From assembly GCF_009914755.1 (NCBI RefSeq), contig NC_060925.1: a stretch of DNA of 64,000 nucleotides; one strand, given 5' to 3'. The stretch is from the human T2T-CHM13v2.0 reference genome, Homo sapiens. Positions 25,141 to 35,830 of the stretch are shown one piece after another (the stretch's first letter is position 1; the number at the start of each line of letters is the position of its first letter). The notes under the pieces were generated by a model. The model saw only the letters and a list, made by a program, of their open reading frames with translations, was not told the DNA's origin and searched no databases. Position numbers and translations under genes: made by a program.

Positions 25141-26408
25141 GAGAGCAGGACGTCTGGCTTCCGAGCAGGAACCTTCATATTGCCAGTGATGAAAGAGAGA
25201 ATTAAATACGGGTGATATTGAGAAAGGCAAGAAGATTTGTGTTCAGAAGTGTGCCCAGTGCCACACTGTGGAAAAGGGAGGCAAGCACGAGACTGGGCCT
25301 AATCTCCATGTCTCTTTGGGTGGAAGACAGGTCAGGCCACTGGATTCTCTTACACAGATGCCAATAAGAACAAAGGCATTACCTGGGGAGAGGATACCGA
25401 TGGAGTATTTGGAGAATCCCAAGAAGTACATCCTTGGAACAAAAATGATCTTTGCCGACATTAAGGCAGAAAAGGGCAGACTTGATAGATTATCTCAAAA
25501 AAGCTACTAATGGATAATAATTGGACACTGCCTTATTTATTGCAAAACAGAAATGCCTCATGACTTTTTTATGTGTACCATAATTTAACAGATCTCATAA
25601 ACCAGAATCCAGATCATGAATGACTGACAGATTTTTGTTGGGCAGTCCTGATTTAATTAAGACTGACTTGAGATTAGATGAATATGTTTGGCTTTTGGAA
25701 TTTTAACGGTAATTCCGATTTAGTAAATGCTATCTATCACTGTTTACCCCTTCTAAATATATGACTGGACTTCATTAGTAATGTTCAACTTTTCACAAAG
25801 ATGATGAATGCCATCTTAAAACTTAATGGAGAATGGTTTTATATTTAGATTTACATAACTAGTTATGTGAATATATTTAAATACTGGGGAAAGTCCTTCA
25901 CTGTCTTAGAACCAAGCAAGATTCACCAGTGTTTTATGTTCATTTGCCTCTTAAAGGCAAGGGCTGAAGATAAGGCAGCAATGTCTACTTTATATTTTTG
26001 GTTTTAACAATAATAGCCAATTTAATTAGAAATCTGTATCTAAAGTGATTTCTTTTACTTATTGAAAGGCATTTTAGTGGGTTTATGTGTAATATCAAAT
26101 AAAGATTTAACACTTCTCACATTTTATAGGTGATCTATAGGATCAGATGCTTTAAAAATAGTAGCAAGTTAAACTTCACTCTTGAATTCTTTACCATCTA
26201 ATTCAGACTAAGTTATAATTTGGGATTGCCTCTAAACAGCCATTCAGAAACATAACACTGTAGAACTGCTGTGTATTTGTGATTGGAAATGGTGCTTTTG
26301 CCAATTTAAAAGGAATTAAGTAGAGGAAATATAAACAAATTTAAAAATTATGCATGATTATAAGACTTAAGATAATTAAAAACAAAATCACAGACTGGAA
26401 AAAAAATA
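25141..26408 (+). pseudogene. CYCSP52: Processed cytochrome c pseudogene (probably CYCSP52), antisense in ETV3 intron 4
   Basis: Intronless copy with CYCS 5' UTR, CDS 25208-25517 ([25 protein letters not shown]...[17 protein letters not shown]), ATG>ACG, frameshifts, ~0.9 kb of 3' UTR and an A-rich tail. 14-bp TSD AAGCCACTGATTTA at 25127-25140 and 26409-26422. The symbol is from recall. Confidence 0.93.
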
Positions 26409-26573
26409 AAGCCACTGATTTAATTTTAAAATTAGGAAGAACAGATGGATGACCTTGCAAATGATTTGAGTAGAGCCAAGAGGGTCCCAGGCCAAATGTA
26501 TTCTTCTACTAGCTTATTACAGTGGCTACAATTCTACCCTTTTTGATTCTTTTGGATCTTGACTTTCAATTAA

Positions 26574-26986
<413 letters not shown>

Positions 26987-27324
26987 CAAAATCTAGTTTT
27001 TTATTAAAAAAGAAAAATAAACTGGAGGATATCTCAGTCTTTACATACGTTAAGGTATACTGTAAAGGAGACATAATAAGCAGTATTTTCCTGATGTATT
27101 TAGGTGGAGTAATGGGAGGTGAGACTAGAAGCAATACTGGGAAGCATTGCTTCTAGCATTCTGGAACCCTTATCTCTGATTAACTGAAGTAGCCCTACTT
27201 TTATATGTTGAGATATCAAACCTAAGATTTTGCTTAGAAAAAAAGTTTGCTGCTAAAAAAGAAAGTTTGAATACCATTGCTTTAGAAGTCCACCTCCATG
27301 AAGTCACCATGAAATTCAAGTACT

Positions 27325-27630
27325 GGGGTTGAAAAAACTGGGTCTGAATCTCAGTTCTGGCAGCTTCCACCTTGTAGCCTAGTACAAGTAGCACACTGGA
27401 ATCTTTGACCCCCTCTGGCAAAATGGAATTCATAAGGTCCTTGCCTAGGTTCCAATCTTGGTCCTACCACTTACTAGTTATGTGCCTCTGGACAGCTTGC
27501 CTCTCTGTGCCTCAGTTTCCTTACCTGTAAAATAGGTCAGCACAGGGCCTATTGTTATGACGATTAACAGTTAATATTTGTAAAGCCCTTAGAATAGTAC
27601 CAAGCATAGCAAATTGCATGTCATTGTTAA
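27325..27630 (+). mobile_element. MIR fragments
   Basis: CCTCTCTGTGCCTCAGTTTCCTTACCTGTAAAATAGG...TGTAAAGCCCTTAGAATAGTACC. Confidence 0.65.
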
Positions 27631-27689
27631 ATAATTTTTTTATTAATCATGGTACAAAATTTAAACCCTAAAAAGACAACTGTCATTCG

Positions 27690-28003
27690 AATACGGACTA
27701 TGTATTAGATAACAGAATTATATCAATGTTAAACATCCTGGGTGTGGTAATGTTATTGTGGTTATGGAGGAGAATGTCCTTGTTCCTGGGAAATACAAGC
27801 TGAAGTACACAGGGACGAAATGTCATGATGTCTGCAACTTAATCTCAAAAGATTTAAAAAGTATATATAAATAGAAAGAGATAAAGCAAATGTGGCTACA
27901 ATATTAACCATTAGTGAATCTAGATAAAGGATATATGGGTGTTTACTGTCCTTCTTCCAGTATTCCTGTAGGTTTCGAGTTTTCCCAAATAAAAATTAAA
28001 AAA
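27690..28003 (+). mobile_element. Old L1 (L1MC-like) 3' end fragment
   Basis: TATCAATGTTAAA..TCCTG...ATTGTGGTTATG.AGGAGAATGTCCTTGTTC...TCATGATGTCTGCAACTT...AATAAAAATTAAAAAA. Confidence 0.75.
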
Positions 28004-28822
28004 CTGGGGTTGGTGGGAGTAGAGAGGCATAGACTGAGCGGTATCAAGTCCATCCCTGAACTGGTCTGTCCTGCCCCATCCTGACAGTATCTTCTGTATC
28101 TTTCCAATGTTTCTTATGCAAATATAAGAAAATATTTTAATAATGTGTTATACAGGATGCTTTTCATGATAAAATACACAGACCAGAATACCCCAACTGT
28201 CTCAACCCACCTTGTGGACATGATCTCAATGGCCTCCAGGATCTAAATCCACACAGCTCTATTTAGAGTACTTATCACATTTCACATTGTATTAAACCCG
28301 GCATATCTTATCTCTCCTGCTAAACTGTAAGTTCCGTGAGGTAAAGAACTCCCATTATCTGTTGAACAAATGAATCACAACCTAGAGGAGGAATGTATGA
28401 TCTATTAAATAAGGGCTAGACTTCAACAGCTCGATCTCTCAGGAATTGTTTCCCTAGAAACTGTTCAATAGATAACTATTCAACCTACCCTGATCAGTCT
28501 TTAACTTTGCTGTCGTTTTCCTAATTTTATCATTTGTAAAATGTGGATATCAAGACATTCACTTCACTGGGCTGAAAAGTTGAATAACGTAATTCACAAA
28601 ACTACTAAGCAAAAGTACCTCCATAAAGCAGATGTTCAATAAATGTTACATTCCTTTGTTATCATAAAGTTACCTTAAACAACATTTGGCCTCTCTGGTC
28701 AAAAGTTCTTTAAAAACTAATGACACCAGTTCTTTGCAGTTGTCTATACCTAGGATGTGAGCAACCAGGTAGTAGAGATAGATGTACTAAAAGAAATGTA
28801 CACAGTTTTGCTTTCCTTGTGC

Positions 28823-29106
<284 letters not shown>

Positions 29107-29900
29107 TGATTAGGATCTTGAGCTTGGGTTAAAGATCAATGTTGGTTCAATCGCCTTCGGGCAGAACAGGTGTGCTGGGCCACTATTGTTAGGTTTCTAG
29201 ATCAGATTCTTCACAGAGTGAGGATCCAGGTTTCCTTGCCCTGGAAAACCACATTACTTCCCAGGGCTTATGAATGCCCCATTCTAGGTTGTCCAAGTGG
29301 CTGAAGTTCTGGATTTTCAATAGATAAAAATGGGTCAAAGACAGAAGAACAAGACGAATGAAACATTTTTTTGGGAGTGGGGTGAAGGGGTATGAAAACC
29401 AACAAATTCTTTAAAATTGTTGGTATATACATCTAGATTCCCAATTCCTCTAGGCATACAAGGAAGGGGCAAGAGTGAGAAACAGAGGAAGCAAGATTTG
29501 AGTGGCTAGTACAGGTCTGATTTCCTAACGCCTCTCCCTCAGGCACAAGGAAAGAAAACAGGTTGTAATTAGAGAGATGCATTCCAATACCACTTTTTTT
29601 TTTTTTTTTAAATGCATGCCCCAGGGACAGGAGGGAGTGGTTACAGAAGTTGAGATGAAACTGTAATGATAGCAGAGTCAAGCTAAAACTGCCCTAACTT
29701 GTTGTGTAGTAATTACATATCTGCAATGGATCTCAACATTATGTTCTCTCAACCACACCCCCACTAATTTTTCAGGTTTCTTCCAGCTTTTCTGAGAAGT
29801 TGTATTACTGCATGATCAGCATTCTTTGCCTTAGCATACAAGGCCACAATGACAGAGTACTTACTGATGGACTGGTCAGAAAACAGTTAAATACAATCTA

Positions 29901-30228
29901 CAGTAGTCCTTTCTTATCTGAGGTTTTGCTTTCCACTGTTTTAGTTACCCACAAAGGTCTGAAAATAGGTCTGTACAGTACACAAAGATATTTTGAGAAA
30001 GACCACATTAAGTTTATTACAGCATATTGTTATAATTTTTCTATTTTATTATTGTCATTAATCTCTTACTGTGCCTAATTTATAAATTAAACGTTATCAC
30101 AGATACATATGAGTGGGGTTAAGGGAAGAAAAAACATCATATATATGAATGGAGTTTGGTACTATCTGTGGTTTGCGAATCTACTAGGGGTCTTAGAACA
30201 TATACTGCTCAGATAAGGGGAACTACTG
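29901..30228 (+). mobile_element. MER44A (Tigger-family non-autonomous DNA transposon)
   Basis: Terminal inverted repeats CAGTAGTCC..CTTATCTG / CAGATAAG..ACTACTG flanked by TA on both sides. The interior matches the recalled MER44A consensus. Confidence 0.85.
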
Positions 30229-30925
30229 TATTTTCTTGGGCAGGAGTATGATTTGCATAAGGAAAAAAATCACAAACAAAAAACCACACAACAACAAAGT
30301 CTTTTGAGAGACTGCTTTCAACATCAAGAGAGAATGTGGGGAGCTGTGATGGAAAGCTATAACCAGGAAAGTCAAGAGGGGAAGCCCTACTGCACTTAAC
30401 AGGAGAGAAGGTCAAGTAACCCCAGAATCTTTTTCTCTGAGGATTTGCTGTTGCAGATCAAAGACACTGCTTTTCACTGCAAACATGTGAACCTCCCCCT
30501 TCTCTGATCAAGGATGCTGTGGTTTTGATGATATTCACTTGATAAGGGAGAGCTTGGTAGTTTCACAGAAAATCGGAAGTGTTTGTAGAAACAGGTTCCC
30601 ATCTATGAAAGAACCACTGGGCTGGGTGTTAAAACTGAGTCCTGAACGTAAAGATCATCACAAACCTATGAAACATCATTCCCAAACAAGATAGCGTAAT
30701 AGTATCTAGGAGATTACAAACAATATGCAGAAAAGGGAACCAACCAAATAAACCAAAGAAATCTATCTTGATACTGAATAGCCTATAACTCTCCTTATAA
30801 GTGAGATGACTTGAGTAAGAACATTGAGGCAATCCAAAGGATCACATTATTTTAGTGTTTCTAAAATCTTCCTAAACATGCCATGTCTTAGATTTGGATT
30901 TTTAAAAATTCTTTTCAATTCAAAA

Positions 30926-30957
30926 TTAATTCCCTACCAAAAGAGTTTGTATCTTAC
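30926..30957 (-). CDS. ETV3: Alternative C-terminus of short ETV3 isoform (read-through of exon-4 donor: [10 protein letters not shown], 143 aa total)
   Basis: The frame continues GGT AAG ATA CAA ACT CTT TTG GTA GGG AAT TAA. The resulting 143-aa length matches my recollection of the short ETV3 isoform. Confidence 0.8.
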
Positions 30958-31073
30958 CACTTGACCGAATGTTGATGAATGGGTAGTTGGGCATCACCAG
31001 CTTGTTGAAGTTAAATTTATAGGTAAATCTTTTCCCTTTTGTTTTATGAAGGATCCTCTTGTTGTAATAGTAT
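30958..31073 (-). CDS. ETV3: ETV3 exon 4, C-terminal part of ETS domain ([38 protein letters not shown])
   Basis: Manual translation gives the ETS wing YYYxKxILHKxxGKRFxYKF. Acceptor tttacag|A, donor AGTG|GTAAGA; 116 nt; cumulative CDS 400 nt. Confidence 0.97.
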
Positions 31074-32316
31074 CTGTAAAAACAGGAATACATGTCCATT
31101 CGTCTTGTAGCTACTGACAGCTTTCAATACACTTAGGTAGCCACTGAGACCAACAATTCTTGCTCTGAGTATTACTTACAAAAATCACTACCAATCTTTC
31201 GCAGCCTGGCCCTCCAGGTAGATCTAGGAGACCTAACAGCTTAATTTTCTTACTCAATTTTCAACTCAGCTCGTTTTTGCCTAGAGGTTTACAAAGACAA
31301 CTTCACTTTAAGATTCTGAACACTTATCCTAGCCCCAAACATTTTCTTCTCCATCTCTCTACAATTTCGATTCTACAGTCCATTTCCGTCCGGTTGCACT
31401 GCATGTCACTAACTGCTTAGTTTTTCTTTTTGGTCTTGCCCAGGTGGGGGCAGACAAATCACTAGGGAGACCTGATGTGGTTAGTCTGGAGGCCTAAGCT
31501 CAAAAGACAGACAAAGGAATGTAGAACTGTTTTATGGTGGCAGGTCAAACAATGGCATGCCCTGATCTGGAAAACAGCAGCTAGTGTGGCCCGCCTCACC
31601 TTCAAAGACTCAAAGGGATGTGAAAGAATACAGCAAAGCCACTGTACAGAGTTTACATTTCAGGTCAGGAGAACTTCAATTATCTGGAACCTTTAGTCTT
31701 ACATCTATGCAGTAGCAGAGGTCATAAACTGCCTTCTAGCCCCTTGAGGGCTAAAGGACTATGAAATGTAAGACCGACAAGGGGAAAAAAGAACCTGAGA
31801 AAACTTATAGTGATCAATCTTTAGACATATTGCAGCAGGCTATGGACAACCTGAGCTCACAGACACAGTTCCGGAATAGATAGGTCAGTATCACTGAATC
31901 TTCCTCCCGTGACTTGCTTCATCCTTTTCTAAGTTTCTTTCAGGGAAGCCCAAAGAAAGAAATTCTAACAGATTCTAATAGAGAAGTCTAAACTAATCCT
32001 TTGGATTATAAATGAACTCCAATCCATGTTTCACCATATACTCTCGCCCACTACAGAGCAGAATCAGCTGTCTGTCAGGATCCAGTGCCAGCCACATTGG
32101 AATCCCCTCCTACGTATAACCAAAGATATGCCTTTTCTCCTCCTGTGCCTATGCTACTCACATTCAACAGCTCTTCTACTCCCACTTTAAAGTGACACAT
32201 TATTCACTAAGATAGTGTAGTCTTTTATTACCTGATACCCTTTTTATCTAGCATTCACCAAACAGCTTAGTCTCCTTCCAATCTGTTAACACAGATTTGG
32301 GAATCCTTTTCCTTAC

Positions 32317-32554
32317 CTGAGGGCCCGGCTCAGCTTGTCATAATTCATCTGTGGTTTGCATTTCCTGCGGCCCCAGAGGCGGGCCACCTCATCTGGATCC
32401 TTGATGACAAATTCCCCGTACTCTCCCTGCTGCCAGGCGATGACATGGCGGAACTCTTCCTTCTGCAGCAGCTCCAGGATGAAGTGCCACAGCTGGATCT
32501 GCCGGGAGCCTGGGGATGACTCTGTTTTGTAGGCCCAGTCAGGAAACTGATACC
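32317..32554 (-). CDS. ETV3: ETV3 exon 3, N-terminal part of ETS domain (GYQFPDWAY...[11 protein letters not shown]...[11 protein letters not shown])
   Basis: Classic ETS signatures LWxFxLELL and [11 protein letters not shown] in ORF 32313-32561. Acceptor atgaaag|GG, donor CTCAG|GTAAGG; 238 nt. Confidence 0.98.
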
Positions 32555-33152
32555 CTTTCATGTGAGAAGGTCAAGATTAAGCTAGTTAAGAGGTAGGTAC
32601 ATACATACCAGCAACCCCAACTGCACATTCCACTGCTCAGAATCTAGAGTGCTTTGCAAACATGCTGTAAGTACTCTCAGTCAGCTGGGCCTAACCACAA
32701 TGGGGAGAGGAAAGCACAGAGAAGTCACCTATCCTTGTGGCAATCATTAAATCTGATAAGAGTTGGGCAGCAGCAACCAGATGTCCTAAGCTGACCTTTT
32801 CATACATTACTAAATACACCTACTTTCTGTGAGGACATAAAAGCGCTAAAGGGAACAAACAGGAAAGATAAACTAATGTTTCAGGAAAATACAGCTGAAA
32901 ACTCCTTTTCCCTAAGGTTGGAACTGTGTCTCTGACAGCAAAGAGACTCTAAAGCTTAGGATATGGGTGTGGTGACCAGACATGTTAAATATACATCCAT
33001 AGGAAACAAGCCTACAACTGTCCTGCCAGTATCCACCTAGCCAAGAGAGTGTCAGTCATGGTCTGACATTTGTGAACAGAGCTCAAGTGGAGAGGACAGG
33101 AACCACTGAGGGAAGCTTCCAGGTACATCAGAGATGATTAACTTCTGCTCAC

Positions 33153-33198
33153 CTCCACCTCCTTCTGGCTTTTCCACGATGCTACAGCCGGCTTTCAT
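33153..33198 (-). CDS. ETV3: ETV3 coding exon (exon 2): MKAGCSIVEKPEGGG
   Basis: ATG at 33198 (GAAA-ATG, A at -3). Acceptor ctcagCAG (NAGNAG; exon starts at 33211 or 33208). Donor GGAG|GTGAGC. 46 coding nt, phase 1 into the next exon. Confidence 0.95.
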
Positions 33199-34356
33199 TT
33201 TCACCCGCCTGCTGAGAGACACAAGCCACACAATTACTTTAAGATGCTATTTATTTAGTATCCTCTCAAAAGTTTTCTGGCAGTCTCTCCCCAAACTTCC
33301 TTTCCCCTGTTCTTCTTTCCGTATGCAACTCTCTTTCTTTCAAACATGTCACCTCCAAACTGCTACTCCCCAAGTTATCAAATGATGGGCCTCAGGTCAT
33401 CAGCTTCAAAAGCCATAATTATCTCTCACCTGACTTTAAACCACAAAGTGTAAACACTGTCTTTAATATTTGTTTTCCTCCTCCTGACCAACCCTTCAAA
33501 TGTAAAAAAATAAAAATAAAAAAGGAAGGTACAGTGAAATGGGTCCAAAAACGCAGCCAAAACAAGTCAAACAGTTTGTCTTCTATTACTAGACAAGCCC
33601 ACATGCCAAGATACACAAGCCTGAGTTCACCAAGATGTACCAGTTTAAAGGATGAAAAAATCCCAAATCCATCTGATTCCCACTCAAGAATGAACATCTG
33701 ATTTTGATTTATTTTACTGAATTATGTGAGATAGAAGGAAGATTCTTCCCAGCCACAAACTGCTCCCTCCCCCTTGAAAAATACCCTGGGATACAGGAAG
33801 TAAACACACCATATGTACATTTACTCTATTCAAAAAACACACACAAACTCTCAAAAATTTTTTGAGAAAAATTATACATTTTCTCCATTTAACAGGAAGG
33901 GGTGAAAAGCAGGCATTTCTGAAGCCCTTCTGGCCAGTGAGTGGAAGGAGTCTTGCTGCGATTTGAATTCATTCCATCCAGATTTACAGTTCCTCAATAA
34001 ATTTCCTGTTCCTCCCAGCAAGGAGCTTTGTGTTAATCACTTAGCAAAAAGGAGGGAGGGGTGAAACTGCCAGAGGGACATGGAGGGAGGGCAGATCTAC
34101 CCTCGCTGTTCCCCAGGGTGGATGACAGGCCCTCAGCATCCACATTAGCAGGCATCTGGAGAGAATGCCTAAGTGGCCCCCGCGTAGGGACAAATTCCTT
34201 ATCTTGGAAATTTCACCTAACCTAGGATTTCTCTAGATCTTTTGAATATTTTTTCTCACCAAACACATTAAGGAGACCAGCAAGTGTCAGTCTACAAAAC
34301 TACTAGCGGCCGAGGACAAGATAAACACCCCAAAGGAAGGAGAAGACAGACAAGGA

Positions 34357-34360
<4 letters not shown>

Positions 34361-34390
<30 letters not shown>

Positions 34391-34401
34391 CACACACACA
34401 C
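34361..34401. repeat. (CA)n microsatellite in ETV3 intron 1
   Basis: About (CA)13, a short CT interruption, then (CA)5. Confidence 0.95.
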
Positions 34402-34829
34402 GAGATACATAATAACGAGGCACCGGGGCTGAGGCAGGAGCTTCCTCTTCCACCTTAGTGACAATGAGGGAGGAAAAACACGAATTTCCCCACTGCTCCA
34501 GGAAGCTGCCCTGGACTCTTAACTCCTAGGATGCGCTGTCAGATCGCGAGGCCTTTTACCCTGCCACAGAACTCCCTCCAACCATCACGACCCTGGGGTC
34601 CAAATCCCGTTGCAACGATAACCTGACAAGGAAACCCTCTCTTGACACTCCAGCTCTCCAATTTTCCCCATAAAAGTCCCTTTCCCAGGAGCCCTGGGGC
34701 GCCTCTGCACGCCTTTCGCATATTCACTGCAAGGACACTTCCATCCAAGTAGGGCCACTCGTCTCAACTCTGCAAACCACAGGACCCCTGCCCTTCCTCT
34801 GATCGCGACCACTCCCCGAAGAGTGAGGC

Positions 34830-35830
34830 ATGCACAGTCTGGCGCTGCGGGTTTCCCGCAGCAGCTCCGGGTCCTGGCTTCCACAGCCCCCAGAACCTCC
34901 TTGCCATTCACCTCCCGGGCCGGGCTTCCCTTAACCGTGGCCTCAGGGCTGCGCGGGGCCACCGCATGAACGCTGCCCTGGGTCCCTGTCGCCCCTCAGA
35001 CAGACACGGGATCCCACCCTCCCCCGCCCCCCGCACTGGGTGAGGCCCAGCTGGGTGGGTACGCGGCCTGGCGGCCGGCCCCGATTCCAGGGACGCCGTC
35101 CCCGCCAGGGTCCCGGATCCAACCCAGACACCCCGGCGGCCGAGGCGAGGCCGGGACTCACCTCTTCCCGGCACGGTCCGTCTTCGGTCCGGTCTCCTCC
35201 GCGGCGTCTCCGGCTCCTCCTCATCCACCCCAGCAGGAAGTGACCTCCTCGGCTGCTTTCGTCACTTCCATCCTCAGCAGAGAGGGCGGGGGAGGAGGAG
35301 GCGCCCTCCCGCCGGTTCCCAGCCTCACCTCGCCGCACCCAGCAGCGTCTCCCTTTCCTTTCTCCTTTCAGCAGACGCCGACTTCCGCCCGCACTCCTCC
35401 CCCTGCGCGCTCCTCCCGGCCCGCATCCCGCGCATCCGCCCCGGCACGGCCCGTGCGTCACGCTGCGGGGGCACGTTACGCACGCTCGTGGCGGGCGGCC
35501 GGCCCGGTCCGCTGCTGGGCCAGGGTCCTCCAGACGCCGAGGGGTGACGCGGCGCGAGGGGGTGCTGAGCTGCTATACGCTTCCCCCGCCAGTCCTGCGC
35601 CGTGAGGCAGAACGGACTTTGCGGGGCGAGGCGCTGCCCCGGGGTCCCACCTCCCGGGGGAGGGGACCTCGCAGACCCCACAGGAAGGCCCAGGCGCCGG
35701 GAAACAGTCTCTCCCACACAACAGAGAGGCGGCCCGTCTTTCTCCAGAAATGGGCCCTGCGACCTCCCAGAGTGGGGATCCCTCACAATGGGAAGACGGG
35801 ACCCGCAGACTTCAGACGCAATTTCCCTAC
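34830..35830. promoter_or_regulatory. CpG island / ETV3 promoter
   Basis: Very GC- and CpG-rich ~1 kb spanning exon 1, with GC boxes, ETS motifs (35236, 35261, 35381) and CRE half-sites (TGACG/CGTCA). Confidence 0.9.
35162..35245 (-). other. ETV3: ETV3 non-coding exon 1 (3' end firm, TSS approximate)
   Basis: Minus-strand donor GAAGAG|GTGAGT at 35162/35161 inside the CpG island; it can splice to the exon-2 acceptor. The 5' boundary cannot be fixed from sequence. Confidence 0.75.
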
